Positions 37,578 to 50,266 are shown, counted from the stretch's first letter. The stretch is 64,000 bases of DNA from Eutreptiella sp. 'Long Island Sound 2002' (GCA_964036045.1 OZ038379.1:24304001-24368000); one strand, 5' to 3'. The notes: a model not told the origin generated them from the sequence alone. Translations and numbers: made by a program.

Positions 37578-40574
37578 CACAGCACGGCACCACCAGACAC
37601 ACACCACCACAGGAGAGCCCACGCCTCCAGGGTAGGAACACATAGCAGGAGTCTGTGGCGGATGACAAGCACAGAGACAGACAGACCATTGGAAGGTCCT
37701 TGCCAGTGGCCACTGAAAGCCAAGGAAAACATTCACACACTAAGGATGCGCCAAACCGCGCGATGCTCATACTACACCAGCCCAAACACTGCATACCAAC
37801 AAAACCACACATACCACCGGCACAGCACTGCACCAGGACCATACACAAGGGAGACAAAGCGGCCGGAACTTCTCAAATTTTGGTGCACTGTTCTTTTGGG
37901 AGCACCCCCGCCCCCCCTCTGGTTCCCAAACTGGTGGTTGTTGTCCCTGGGGCCAGGGATGGATGTAAATCTGCCACAATTATTTTGGTGGGGGTGGGGT
38001 GGGGGGGCTGAGGACCCCTGAAATGACGAAATGATGATTACAAAATTGCATTTTTCCACTGCTTTTTCCTTTGTAGGTCTGCCTCACCGTTGCACAAAGT
38101 GCCGCTGTGAACGTCCCATGAATCTTCCAGAATAGGGTCCCCCAGGTTATGCACTCGTTCCACAGCATTGTGATCACCTCTGGGCACTCAGGTCTTTGCA
38201 CTTTTGCCCTTGTTGCTGCAGGATATTCATCTGCCAGCTCTGTTTTCACAGTCACAGGGTCAGCAATGGTCCCTGGACATCAAGTGAGTCTGTTTGTCAT
38301 GTACTGTTCTCATCTCCTTTGTTGCCTGCAGGAAATGAAAATGTTGTGCCCCTTTGGGCTTGCTTCTGTGAAATGTGGCTGTAATAAGTGACAGGGTATT
38401 GTTTTGTTGTGTTCCAATTTCTGTTGTTGTAGGTCTGTTTTGGTACTGTGCTTGTTTTCCCAAAATGGATGCAACGCAAAAAGTAGGCAGGAAACTATGG
38501 ACACCAGATCGTTGTCCATATCCTGCACCCAAATGTCAAACAAGGGCGGCTTGCAACAGCCGCAACCAATGCGACAAGAAGAAGGCTGCTGCTGCTGTAC
38601 CTGCTGTGCCTGCAACTACACCACAGCAGCAGAGGCAAGCAAATGTGACAGCATTGGCTGCTCTCGCTGCTGCATTCATTGCCCATTTGTGGGGCACAAA
38701 ACGGGTAGAGCCAGTCTTCTTTACATCAGCCGTACTCAGAAAACACTGCACCAGTTGTTCAACCAGACTCCACCGACCGCACCGCCTATAGCACCCACTG
38801 TCACCCACCAAGCTGTGACTGGAGCTTTTTTTTGGTTCAGTGGGTACACAACCCTGAAAGGCATCCCTGACAACGTGTACAACACGGGGCAGAAGTTGAC
38901 CTCCCAATTGATGAAGGAGGCGCCCATGTCCCAGTTGGTGGACTGTGTTCGAAGCGCCACAACACAAGAGCACAACGAATAGGAACCGTGTGTGCCTACT
39001 AAGCACCAGGGGCTGATGATAGGGGTGGTCCGCAATCCCCAAGCACCCACCATAGAACCAGTACCAGTACCAGTACAACGTACCACCCTGAAGTTCGAGT
39101 GCGCAAAATGGTTGTTGCCCCGCCTTGAACGAGCACATAATGACAGAAATTAAACAGATTTTTCAAAATCCAACATTCCAAATCATGGCTGTGGCTGACT
39201 GTAGGTATTGGACCTCTGCGATGGTGACTAAAAACGAAAAAAAAAAAAGCCGCTGATCACAGTGGAGAATTTGTGGGGCAGAGTGGTCCCTGGTATTGTA
39301 GGGGCCTGGCAGTTTTTTTGGTCTGGCAAAAGAACTTTTTTTTTTTGCAGGCAACAAGGAATAGCAGGAGGCTGCTTGTACTGTGCAGGGTTTTTTCAAT
39401 TTGTGGTGTACAATAGTGGCAAACAAAAAGTTTCAGCTGTCCTTGGTTGTTTGGCGTAGTTATTGTATTGTCCTGTCCTTCCAGTGCTGATGCAGAGCAT
39501 GCAATTTCTGCACCGAACAGCATTGCAACAGCACTGAGACACTTGATGTCCTGGGACAGCATTCACAAGCACCTTGATTGGAAAACAGGACACCCTTGCT
39601 GCAGGCTGTTGCGTGTGCAGCTTCTGCATGGGCAACAGCTGCCTCTGGGGACCGCAAGCGCTTTTGAGGTAGCAAGCACAAGGTTCGCAACGACAAGTGC
39701 AAAAAGCGCAAGGTGCTTTTCTCAGTTGTGATGACAATGCCTTGGAGGAGATTGTCAGGCCTGGTGCCCCTCCTGATGCAGATTCATCATCCAGCAGCAG
39801 CCAGTCATCTAGTTCGTCCACTGACTCATCGAGCTCTGAGGATGAGGCTGAAATGGAACACATTTTGGGAAAATGCGTCAAAAAGAATGTGTAAAGCACT
39901 GTTCACATTGTTTTTTGGGTTGCAGCAATGACCTACGTCCAGTGCTTTGTCTTGTGTCTCAGAAAGGAGGGACGCAGGGCTGTGACTGCACTGTACTTTG
40001 GTTGGCTGGCATTTCGTAATCGTCATTTTGTCATCAGGGGTGGGGGGTCCCCCCCCCCCCCCATTATATCCATCCCTGCCTGGGACAGAAGTCACCAATC
40101 TGAGACCTGGGCAGGGTGTACCTGAGAGGCAGTCCTACAAAAAGCAGGTTGGATTCCCCGATGTTGCGTCAAAGTCTCCAGGTTGGGAAATCAGGATGGG
40201 GTTCCTCCGCACACAAAAATTTGAGAATCGGAGAATGTTGCCTTCATGCAGCTCTCATTGTTTGGCATGATGCTCACAGAGGGGGTCACGCCCTTCAGGT
40301 TCCCACCTGGTGGAATCTGACTCAGGGTGTGAAAATTCGAGTCTCAGCCATGGAAATTCTGTTGAAAGCTTGGGGCATTCAGTGATTCTGACAACCACAG
40401 AGCACAAAGCAGCGGTGGTGGTGGGATGCGGGATAAACTACTGTCACTTATTTTGAGTGTATTGTAGTGGAAGCTGCGGACATACAGAGCGAGCTGAAAA
40501 GGAAAAAAAGCACAGGCCCCAGTTCTGGCTGTCTACAGAGATAGAATATTCGGGTTGCTGCCTCGGGAGGGCGC

Positions 40575-43262
40575 GTGTTAGTGCTTTCTAGCCCCCACAA
40601 ACGTCCCCAGAGGGCCCATGGAAGCAGGTGTGGAACAGGATCTGCTGCAGCAAAAGCAATGGCCATGGGAGATGCTGGTCTCTCTGTCCCTGCACCACAA
40701 CGCGACACTTCACTGTCACATGATGGAATCTGGCCGAGTCAAAAAGGGCCTGTGAGACCCACTCCCCTGTGCAATTCCGCCAACCTGCATCCAGACCTCC
40801 GATTTGTTCTGCAGGTGCAGTTTGGCCAAGGCAGCATCGCCAGCCCCAAGGCCGATGCCCAACTGTTGTCCCAAGGACCGGCCACTGCCCCTGCTCTGGG
40901 TCCCAGTCCGCTTTCTGTCGTTTTTGGATCTCCCTCCAGCCCAGGCTCCGTGTGCGCTGCTGCCTTACTCTCCCATTCCACTCCTCATTTGCCTCGTCAA
41001 CTTGACGTCACAGGCCCTCAGGCTTTGCTGTCCACCGGTGCTGCTGTTTCCACCGCATCAGCAGCAGCTTTTCCTTCTGGCGGTGATCATTCAGCAGCCC
41101 GCCTCCCTACGCCCGTACTGACCGGCCCTGGGCCTACCCCTGACGCTGACCTTCAGGACTCCAACACTGTCCTAATTCTTCGCACCAAGTCTAACTCTAG
41201 CCCAGACCTGAACCCGCGGAGTCAATCGAATCCTCCTTCAATGAAATTGAACGCCAGCCCAGAGCGGAGCTGTCGTGCTGAATCAGATCTCACAGCGTCC
41301 AGCCCCCAGCCCCCTGCAGAGCAGGCAGCAGGAGGACCGCTCTATTCCCAAGTCAAGCCCCTCGGGCCTGGGGCTGCCAGGAATTACTCAGCCTCGGATC
41401 TTAGCACTCGCGTGATGTCATCAGATCCTTTGTACTGCACCGCTTGTGGGGCGGCCTTTCAAGGCTGGGATGGTATATGGAGACCCCAGTCCGACCCTGG
41501 TCCCAATTCGAATCCAACCGTCAGCCAGACCTCAAACACCAGCACGAACCCGAGCCATAACACAATGCACCCCGGTGCCACTGTCAACACCACGCAACCT
41601 GCTCAGTCTGAGCCATATCGAAAGCCTCAGCTGAACCGTCAGCTTTTCGCCGAGCCAAAACCCAATGCAGATCTCGTGAGCTCCAACTCCACATCCCATT
41701 TGCAGCCGGTGCCCGCACCGGCCCAGAAGCCCAACAGCAGACCCAGCGCGAGCCCACCAAGTGCCCTGCAGCCTCAACCCATGTACACAAAAGGCCTTCG
41801 CCCCGTCCCTGCTTTAGGGGTGACCCCTATACCCAGTTCCCATGGCCCAGACACCCTCAGCCTGACCCCCGACCTCATGAGCCCCCCCGCAGCCCTCCCG
41901 AGCAGTGCCGCGGTGCTGCCTGTGCGCCAGACCTTTTCCGACACAATGGGGTCGCTTGAGAAGCTGGTGGCCCGGTCCCCTATGAAGGGGGAGTACCGGG
42001 ACCAGCTCCAGCAGCTCCTGGAAGGCGCCCAAGGCCTACTCCCCGACGAAGCCCCCCCTCCCGTCGAGGCCCCCAACAAAAGAGGGGCTGGCGCGAAGCC
42101 TGTCGGCAAGTTCAAGGGGGACGCCAAGGCTCTGGAGCGGTTCGAGAAGTGGAAGGCCAAGCGGAAGGGGCTCTTGGCCAAGCGGCAGAAGATGCTGGAG
42201 GAGGTGCAGACAGTGCTGAAGGGGTGGCTGATTGACGTGCGGGAGGCCCCGGCCCCGACACCGGCCCCGGACCCGCAGCCTCAGCCCTCCCGCTGGGACA
42301 GTGCGGTGGCTGTGGAGGCCCGCGGGGTCGAGGGGAGTCCCCAGGCGGTGGCCAGGTTTGCTCGCATCGCCAGGTCCCTCACGCCCCCCCTGTGCCACCC
42401 CCGACGGACCCCCAGCCCCCAGCCACAGCCTGAGCGCATGCAGTGCTTTGCCGCAGATCTGGGCCCCATCAGCGCCGGGGCCGTGGAGGGGGCGGCCAAG
42501 GGCCGCGCCCCGGCGCAGGCGCGCGTCGGCAGTGCGCTGGGCACGAAGGGCGATGCCCCGCAGCTCCGCTGCAGCAGCGCCCCCAGCAAAGCGCACGTGC
42601 AGAAGCCCTACGCCGGGCCGGACGCCGCGACCCGAGCCCTTTCCTCCCCGCGATTTTCTGCCGCCGTCACGGCGGCGGTGGGGTCCCCAGGGTCCGCATC
42701 GCTCATGGATCTGCCCAGCGCATCGCGCCTGTACCCCTTGACCAGAGCTGTGAGGCTGCCGCCCCGCAACTGCCACACGCCCCCTCCTGCAGTGGGCGGG
42801 GGGGAGGGTGGGATCTTGGACCTGCCCCTGGGGCCCGTGCTGCGCCCGGACGACAGTCCGGGGCGTGCGAAGAAGCGCAGCCACAGTGCGGGGGTGTCGT
42901 GCGCGAGGCTCGCCGCGGCGAGCCCGGGGCGGAAACTCCGCCCGGGCTGCGGCCCTGCGCACACCTCCGGCATCGGCGCCCCATCTTGTGATCTTGCGGC
43001 CCCGTGTCCCTCTTCACTGCAATCCCGGGAGCCTGTGGGCGGACCGGACGGCGGCGCCCGTGTCCTTCCGCCAGGGTCCCCGTTGTTCAGCTGGGTCGAT
43101 GTGCGCGGCCCGCGGGAACCGCAGAAGCGGGTCTCCTTGCCCTCGATTGAGACGAGCCCTGGGGGCACGACGGACTCGGATATGGGGTCCGGCGGCCTTT
43201 TGGAGTCGAATTTGGATTTAAGTCCGGATAGTCCTCCCGCCCAAGGCCTTGCGAGCCCCTGA
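40575..43262 (+). CDS. Large Pro/Ser/Ala-rich, mostly disordered protein (probable host gene or exon) with central helical segment
   Basis: 895-codon open frame containing YCTACG and a helical block (SLEKLVARSP...EKWKAKRKGLLAKRQKMLEEVQTVLKGW). Start uncertain. Confidence 0.6.
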   Translation: MLVLSSPHKRPQRAHGSRCGTGSAAAKAMAMGDAGLSVPAPQRDTSLSHDGIWPSQKGPVRPTPLCNSANLHPDLRFVLQVQFGQGSIASPKADAQLLSQGPATAPALGPSPLSVVFGSPSSPGSVCAAALLSHSTPHLPRQLDVTGPQALLSTGAAVSTASAAAFPSGGDHSAARLPTPVLTGPGPTPDADLQDSNTVLILRTKSNSSPDLNPRSQSNPPSMKLNASPERSCRAESDLTASSPQPPAEQAAGGPLYSQVKPLGPGAARNYSASDLSTRVMSSDPLYCTACGAAFQGWDGIWRPQSDPGPNSNPTVSQTSNTSTNPSHNTMHPGATVNTTQPAQSEPYRKPQLNRQLFAEPKPNADLVSSNSTSHLQPVPAPAQKPNSRPSASPPSALQPQPMYTKGLRPVPALGVTPIPSSHGPDTLSLTPDLMSPPAALPSSAAVLPVRQTFSDTMGSLEKLVARSPMKGEYRDQLQQLLEGAQGLLPDEAPPPVEAPNKRGAGAKPVGKFKGDAKALERFEKWKAKRKGLLAKRQKMLEEVQTVLKGWLIDVREAPAPTPAPDPQPQPSRWDSAVAVEARGVEGSPQAVARFARIARSLTPPLCHPRRTPSPQPQPERMQCFAADLGPISAGAVEGAAKGRAPAQARVGSALGTKGDAPQLRCSSAPSKAHVQKPYAGPDAATRALSSPRFSAAVTAAVGSPGSASLMDLPSASRLYPLTRAVRLPPRNCHTPPPAVGGGEGGILDLPLGPVLRPDDSPGRAKKRSHSAGVSCARLAAASPGRKLRPGCGPAHTSGIGAPSCDLAAPCPSSLQSREPVGGPDGGARVLPPGSPLFSWVDVRGPREPQKRVSLPSIETSPGGTTDSDMGSGGLLESNLDLSPDSPPAQGLASP

Positions 43263-44523
43263 ATTGTCTGGCCCCTTCCCTTAGCCCCCCCCCCCCCCCT
43301 GGACAGCCTTTGGACCGTAGATATGCTTTGTGAATGATTTGGAGTCATGGCCGCTGTACTTAGTGGATGCAGTTCGGAAAGTTCACACCCTTTATTGAAC
43401 TAGTGGCCGAAAGTGCCTGTGGCGGGGGCATTCAGTTGATCAGAACCGACCATTGCTCTCTGTGCCCTTGCCCCCCCTCCCCCCCCTCAAGGGCTGCTGA
43501 TGTCAGGGATTGCAGGTGAAGAGGTCACAGCAGACCTAAGCTGGACTCCTGAGGGCATAGGAGGGTCGGGTGGTCAGGATGAGGGTGCGTCTTGAGCTGA
43601 ACACTGACTTGACAGGGAGGGGACTCACCATCGAGGGGTGTCGGACAATGCCCAGAGGCGTGCCCACGGCTGTGCCCAGCGGTGTGCCCAGCAGCATGGC
43701 GAGCACAATGCACTGATGGTTTGCTGTATTCGGTTGGAGCCCTGCCCTTTGAGCAGAGACCGAATGGTTTCATTGCCCCTCCACCCCCCAAGGGGTGCTT
43801 TCTGATTGGTCCCCAGCCCCCCGCCGCATCCCCCAGACCCCATTTCCTTAGGATTCTGGGTTAGGGAGGCACTTACACCCTCACAACGTCCCGTAACTTT
43901 TATGCCTGGCTCAGGGGATACGGTGTTAGGGCTACTGACCAGGATGGCCTGTAACCTTAGCCGAGGCACCCCGACAGAAGGTGTGTAGGCCAGCAAATGA
44001 TGTATCATGTGTGGCAGATTTGCCTGCCCCCGCGCCCGCCCCCTTCTCTGGCCCCGCTCTGTTGAATGCTGTGAATTTTTTTTTGCTGCGAGCCCTCTGC
44101 GCATTGGACATTGTTGTCGGGGATTTCAGGCACCTGAATGACGCAACAGGGGCGAGCAACTGATGCCCTTTGTATTTTGGAGGGGTTATCAGGTTTGCGT
44201 GGCCATTCTTCTGATCCCTTCCACAGGCAAAGCTCTCTTTTTCAGACTACATGCCACATTCATGTTTCCCACAGCCGCATGCATACAACGTTGTCTTGCC
44301 TTCAGCACAATCGGTGTACGGACCGCATGCATTGGGGACCTGAGCATACTGTGCGGCAAGGGCAGGGCGTTCGTTCAGGCAAATGATTCCTAACGCTGCC
44401 TTGATCTCCAAACTCCGCCGCACCAGCACCAGCCTCATGAAGTTAACGCTTTCCTGCTTTGCTTGTGCTGTATTTGCTGTGTGCCCTCTGCTGCCGCCAC
44501 CACCCGGTTAACATGCATTTTAG

Positions 44524-44750
44524 TCACCCATGACCCCCAGACCAGGTGTCCCCAGGTCCTAGGCCGTCGGAAGACCGCTTGTCGTCCAGCTCAGTGGAAA
44601 GGGTCTCTTGCATGGGAACCATAAGAGTCTGCCCGTCCTTGTGTTGGGAGCAGGGCAATCGGGAGTACTTGCGCTGCGCACACAGCGTGCTCGCCGTGCG
44701 CACCGTTTGTCCCTGGAACAGTTGGAAGATTATCAGGATGGTATCCCTGG
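44524..44750 (-). CDS. Possible terminal exon of an unidentified gene
   Basis: GC3-rich minus-strand frame (ILIIFQLFQGQTV...) ending in TGA at 44524-44526. Confidence 0.25.
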
Positions 44751-47200
44751 TGAGGGCACGCACTTCCCACTACACTCTGCCCTTTCTATTTCTGCTGGGT
44801 TGCTCCCAGTTGCCCTCATTTGTTCACCGCGCATGCACCGCATCCCGTGCCTCTCCAATCATGACGACTGACCAATGCCAGTGAACAGTAGTGGGGAGGG
44901 AGCCAGCCTCATCACTTGACAACTCCTGACGCATTGCCCCACATCTCACGTTACTGAACCAGCGGGGTTGACGGTATTTCATGTTCAGTTTCACGTGTCA
45001 CCCTTGAGCGCGTGTGAATGAATGTGTGTGCGCAGAAGTGATACATTACGGATTGCGGCACCATTTGTATGCATCACGTGTGGTAAGGAGTAGGAGTCGG
45101 CTACACCACATCGTCTACTGTATCCCTCTATATTCTTTTCTAACCTCTACCCCGATATTCAAGTCATTTTCGGTGTGGTCAGAGTCGTGCGATGCATAAA
45201 CGTCCCCAGGGCTTGTTCGGTGCAAACCGACAAGAAGCTATCAAATCTCAATGTGGGTTTGCCCCCCCTTGTCAGTGCATTCAGCCCGGGGTTCGCTGCT
45301 TCTCGTTTGCCCTGATCCCACCTGCTCTCTCCTCAAATGTTGTGGCGGTGAAAACCGTTTCCAAACACAAACCAAACAGCGCCTTCGCATCCCTAGAACC
45401 TTCTGTGTCCCATTGGTTGGCTAATTGTTACTCTATGAAATGCAACACCATGGTTGCTGTTGCATAAAATCAGGGTGGGGTAGCAGTGCTCTGCGAGATT
45501 CCTGGTGGCAGTGCATGCAGTGCACCCTGTCGTGCCGTAACGGCACATTGACCAAGGTGCTGCTGCTCTGAGGATTGCTGTCAGTTTGAATTGACTTCCT
45601 GCAGTGTGACAAAACCCGTGGCTGTATACACCTTTGTGGTGATGGTTGAATTTTCGGCTAGAATCATCACCCTTGGGCAAGATGGGGTGGGAGTCGGCCG
45701 AGCCTGGGGTAAGGTGACCAAGGAAACTGACCCCCCCCCCCCCCCAGTCAGCGCACGAGGTTGGCACTGCCATGGAACCGGTTTCTGGAACTTTGTGCGT
45801 CACCCTACCCCTGCACCACACGCGCTCTTTATACCTACCAATTTTACCTACCAATATACCTACCAAAGATCTCCATTGCTGCCCAAACAACTCTTTTAGG
45901 TGTTGTTGCTGCCAATTTCGAAGCATTCCATCATTGACTGGAATCGAGACAGCGGTGTTGGTTGCGTTGTGGGCTGATACATTACCCAGGATGAGAATTG
46001 GCACATAGAGCTGGAGAGGGTAGAAGGGTGGTTGCTCTTCATCTTTTCACAGAACACCACAAAATTGGGACAAGGGACAATTGGAGTGGTGATGGCAGTG
46101 TTACCAAACCCCTCGCGGACATCGACCTTTTCCAGCTCAGTATTGATTTCTCTTTGAGGTATGGCTTTCTCTGTGCATGGCACAGCGCTGTTTTACTCAC
46201 CCTTCAGTCTTTCTTGTGCCCCAGTAGCACATTGGGATGCCTATGGGCGATCAGATTCAGCTTATCCTCACTACCTGTTCTGTCCGCTACCACATTGCTT
46301 TGTGGTACAATCGTAGCATGGGACAACTCTCCGAGAGATTTCTGAAGTGCCTTGTGGTGAGCGGACTTCACCAGCTTGCCATGGCCTGGACCCCCCCCCC
46401 CCAAAAGAATGCATTACCTAGGAGGAGAATTTTGGTTGCGTTGGATGTGTGTTTGTCTGTTTACAATCTGTGCCAGCCCGCAGAGGCAGCGCTCGCTGCT
46501 GCGAACATTGGAAAAGATGTGTACCATACCGGCGCGCGTGTTTTCCCTGCATGCACCTGGAGCGATTGGAGGCATGGGGAGGGATTGACCGAGGAGAATT
46601 GTGGCATGCATCATGTGACATTGGGGGAACGTTAGCGCGCCGGGCACACGCCGGGCATCTTTTGTGACCCATGCCCCACCCGTGGCCTTCTAGGGGGTGC
46701 ACTAAGGGGGCGCACTTAGCGCAGCTAGCTGTGTTACTTACGTCTAATGGCCCGTATCATGTTCCGGTAGACATATATAATTCTACTTAAGTCTAGCGGA
46801 ATAAGTGTTACGCGTAGCGGAATATTATCACCAGACCGAATTTAACATTACAATGTTCCGCTAGACGCATCGCAACGTACATCTTACATATGTGTCTTCA
46901 TGCGATAATTGAACAAACCTAGGAGCTTGCAAGAACTCTGGCAAAGTATTTTTTTCACTACTTCTTCTGGTTGTGGGGCCGAAGTGTTGAAGTGCCAAAA
47001 GGCCGACTGTCGGCATTGCTTTCCTGTTGTCCGTCATTCACACCCCATATCATAGTGAGTGCGCTAGCGTGTGCAGCTATTTGGGCGTCTGGCTGTACTA
47101 GAGACCCATACTTTGAGATACTAGGTGACCCCTAGAGTAGGTTTTGACTTCTGATTTTGTCCCCTTTGTTGGGGGCCCCTGAGAATGCACGGGTGACGTA

Positions 47201-47858
47201 CCCCCCCCCCCCTTGTCGTTCCCCACCCCTTGTTGTTACCTAGGGGGGGGGGTGGGGGACTGTCACTTGGTCAACCCAAAATTTTTCGTTGCGGCTCATT
47301 GTGTTGTTGTGTGGGTGACTGTGTTGTGGGGCACTGCCACTTGTATCCCTTGCACTCATGGCAGGACATTTTGCTTACTTTCGCTGAAATGGAACTTGAT
47401 AGCACAACCATGTTTCCCCCTGGGACAATTGTGACGGATGATGATAGTGACCTGAATTCTGACACGGAGGTTGTGTGGGTGAAGAGTGCCCGTGGTATAT
47501 GGGGTATGGGACACAGTTTTGGGAACAAGTTGTATTTCACAAGGGACATTCCCGAAGGGAAATGGGTTCCCAAAAATCTGCTTGCGCTTGCCAAGCCTCC
47601 TACCAAGAAGGCAAAACCACTACCCAAGGGTGCTGTCCAAAGCATTCCAGTGGAAAGTGGAGAGCATGTGCAAGATTTCAAGGTGAAGTGGAGCAGGACC
47701 AAGAAATTTTCCGCCGAGCCCGTCAAGGAGTAGGTCTCCGTACATTGGCAGCCCTTTGAACGTATCTTATGCTGAATTCTTTACGGTGGTAGTGCGGTCC
47801 CCCAGGGGGTGGTGGGGGACCGTCTTCCCTGGGGTGGGGAATGACAAGGGGGGGGGGG
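47201..47858 (+). mobile_element. TA-flanked TIR element nested in element 1
   Basis: TA|C12-TTGTCGTTCCCCACCCC...GGGGTGGGGAATGACAA-G11|TA; ~29-bp TIR with one mismatch. Confidence 0.88.
47410..47733 (+). CDS. Small ORF of ARG(I/V)WG...RDIPE...GEHVQxF family, carried by the TA element
   Basis: Homologous to 61789-62150 and partly to 58310-58567. GEHVQ at 47659, 58460 and 62053. Confidence 0.55.
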   Translation: MFPPGTIVTDDDSDLNSDTEVVWVKSARGIWGMGHSFGNKLYFTRDIPEGKWVPKNLLALAKPPTKKAKPLPKGAVQSIPVESGEHVQDFKVKWSRTKKFSAEPVKE

Positions 47859-47925
47859 TAGCATTTCCGCCCTCTTTTGGGCCCCAACCTTCCGGTGCTA
47901 TTGAGGAAACCTGGGACAATCTCTG

Positions 47926-48070
47926 AATCCACGCTTTGTTGCGTGGCCCCTTGAGTTGGGGTTAGGGGGTTGCAATCCACGCTTTGTTGCGTGGCCCCTC
48001 GAGTCGGGGTTAGGGACTCGCAATCCACGCTTTTTTGCGTGGCCCCTCGAGTTGGGGTTAGGGACTCACA
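47926..48070 (+). repeat. 48-bp tandem repeat x3 containing GGGGTTAGGG
   Basis: Units start at 47926, 47974 and 48022 (AATCCACGCTTTGTTGCGTGGCCCC...). Confidence 0.95.
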
Positions 48071-48697
48071 ATTGCTTTATTATGCAACGTGCTTTGTAGG
48101 GAAGGTGTGCAGTGTAACGTGGTCTACTTGGGGGGCTTCTCCATGAGAGGGTGAATCCCGGGCTGAAGTCGGGATACTTAATAGAAAAGTAGCGCGCCGG
48201 GGGCGCGCCGGGCAGAATTCCCCCATTGGTGCCACACTGAACGGTAACGCAAGTCCTTCCTCAGTGGCAGGGGAATGGTGTCAACAAGGGATTGCGGGAT
48301 GCGCAATTTGTCATCAGATCCTCTAGGGACGTAGAATGAAGCCACTGCTGGGCTAGGTCAGCCCAGGGGCCGCAAATGCGTACCCAATCGTGCATAAACA
48401 CCTAGCGCTAGGCAGCACAGTGGATAAGGGGAGCGTGCGGCGTGCTGGAGTGTTTGCCAAAACAGACCGCGCACTGGATCTTTGTCTTCTCCCATGGAGG
48501 AGAGCATCTGTGCCACGGGACATTGCCCCACAGCCATTGGAGCCATGCTTGGTGGCGTTGTGCACATAGGGGGAGCCTCAAGCGCAGTGCGCGCGCAGTG
48601 CAACTATTTGGGCGTCTCGCCGTACTAGAGACCCATACTTAGAGATACTAGGGGCCCCTAGGGGCATCATGGTGACCCCTAGCGGAGGTTTTGCAAG

Positions 48698-49433
48698 GGG
48701 GGTGTTGCCTGAACCGTGCGCGCACGGTGCGCGCACCGTGCGTCCTTTTGCGTATTCTGTGTCCACCAGATCCACAATGCCTGAATCTAAGCTGCCCTGG
48801 CTTGTCGCCGGACTGCTTGTGTACTACCACCGCTCCAACGGGGATAGGGTGTCGGCCACTGTCGTTGACCCTTCTCCAAGAGGTGGGCGTCGTGTCTCTA
48901 TTCGGTACGAATTGGGTGGTGAAGAGCGGTTGGAGCGGTTGGAGTTTGCAATTGTGACTGCTGAGAGCCCCGATTCCCCCCAACCTGTGCACCATGAGGC
49001 GCCGATGGACGCTTTGCTGGAGCCCCAATTACCTGAAGTGGAAGCTGAAGCCCCTAGAATTGATGATCATGAGCTAGAAGCCCCCCGCCTGTGTTGTCGC
49101 GTGTGCATGGTTTGTTACGGAGGTGCGTGCAAAGTGCAGAAATTGGGAGCCTGGAACCTGTGACAAGCATCAGATTCAAAAAGAAAGTTCCCGGTACGCC
49201 AATAGGGGCTGCAGGGTGCATAAAATAGGACCCTGGAACCTGTGCCAAGCATGAGACTAAAAATTGAAGAATCTTGGTATGCCAGTATGGACTGCAAGGT
49301 GCAAAAATCAGGACCCTGGGTGTGTTTCTATGGGGGCCATTCAACGGGGTACAAGTTGGGCAACCATCCCAAAAACATTGAACCGTGCGCGCACCGTGCA
49401 CGCACCGTGCGCGCACCGTGCGACAACGCCCCC
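48698..49433 (+). mobile_element. Non-autonomous TIR element 4, nested in element 3
   Basis: AAG|GGGGGTGTTG...CAACGCCCCC|AAG. ACCGTGCGCGC repeats at both ends. Confidence 0.82.
48777..49163 (+). CDS. Tudor/SH3-barrel-like domain + acidic linker + Cys cluster
   Basis: GLLVYYHRSNGDRVSATVVDPSPRGG..VSIRYE...CCRVCMVC. Confidence 0.5.
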   Translation: MPESKLPWLVAGLLVYYHRSNGDRVSATVVDPSPRGGRRVSIRYELGGEERLERLEFAIVTAESPDSPQPVHHEAPMDALLEPQLPEVEAEAPRIDDHELEAPRLCCRVCMVCYGGACKVQKLGAWNL

Positions 49434-49593
49434 AAGGTGTAGCACGTTTGGGTCAAGGCATGGCAAGGCGTAGCATGGTTGTGTCAAGGCATGGTAAGGC
49501 GCAATGCTCGTGTGCACACATTGATCTATCGTGCTTGCACATATGCTACAAGACTTCATACCCCCCTCCTCCTTTCTTAGAAACACTTTCTTC

Positions 49594-49761
49594 ATGGATT
49601 TGAGTCTTGGCGATCGGGTGTTCTACACCCGCTCCAACGGCGTGCGAGTTCCTGCCACGGTGGTAGGGATGGCGGGAGATGGGCTCATCCACTTGGAGTA
49701 CTACCAAGATGCACTACGGGTGGTAAATCGCCAATGCAAGATGGAGTCCATGTGTACTTAG
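49594..49761 (+). CDS. Tudor/SH3-barrel-like domain fragment
   Basis: GDRVFYTRSNGVRVPATVVGMAGDGLIHLEYY; a paralog of 48777. Confidence 0.5.
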   Translation: MDLSLGDRVFYTRSNGVRVPATVVGMAGDGLIHLEYYQDALRVVNRQCKMESMCT

Positions 49762-49984
49762 TAGACAATGGAACAGAAAGACAGTTGTGTGTTCTTGAGG
49801 GTGGCGACCAATGCGCTGTTCATGGCTTTTCCAATTGTGCATGGGGGAATGTTTGCCCGGCGCGCGCCCGGCGCGCTACTTTTAGACTATGTTCCCCCCG
49901 AAGAGCCCCCAAGCACACCCCTTGGAAACGCCCTTAGAATTAGGTGACCCAAACTGCCCCAGTTCAAGAAAGTTGCAAACCGGG

Positions 49985-50130
49985 GTACACAGTACCACTC
50001 TCGCTCCTTTAAGGGCGATCTTGGTCAACACCTTAGCAAGTTGGGAGAATGGGGGGTTAGGATAGCACAACCGCATCGATCTCCAGTAGAAGCGATAGGC
50101 GTTATTGAGGTATCGCGAACAGTAGAGGTG
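49985..50130 (-). pseudogene. N6-adenine DNA methyltransferase fragment (DIRS-associated Dam-like motif IV)
   Basis: NAYRFYW...CYPNPPFSQLAKVLTKI...ARVVLCTP; NPPF at 50047-50058. Confidence 0.75.
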
Positions 50131-50149
50131 CATCATAACATTGGTCCCA

Positions 50150-50243
50150 CAAATGTGGGTGTCAATACATTCAGTACAATAGTGCTCCTTACACTCATCA
50201 CAAACTGCGACGGTGGAGCACTTCTGGCAACACAACACACACA
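50150..50243 (-). pseudogene. B-box-like zinc finger fragment
   Basis: C-x2-C-x5-C-x2-C-x4-C-x2-C-x3-H (CQKC..CDEC..CTECIDTH). Confidence 0.55.
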
Positions 50244-50266
50244 CTTCTGCCTCATCCTCTGCCTCA

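Larger units (their letters stand above)
46623..48224 (+). mobile_element. Non-autonomous TIR element 1 (PIF/Harbinger-like)
   Basis: ATT|GGGGGAACGTT...GAATTCCCCC|ATT, a perfect 3-bp TSD. GCGCGCCGGGC doublets near both ends. Confidence 0.85.

Noticed and set aside
44608-44871. Rossmann-like VLVLGAGQSG motif in a short + strand ORF
   Set aside because: No surrounding fold context, and the antisense frame has better codon bias. Likely chance.
46628-49880. 24-bp core apparently inverted between similar flanks (invertible switch)
   Set aside because: Better explained as the left and right ends of TIR elements with direct-oriented subterminal repeats, as the TSDs show.
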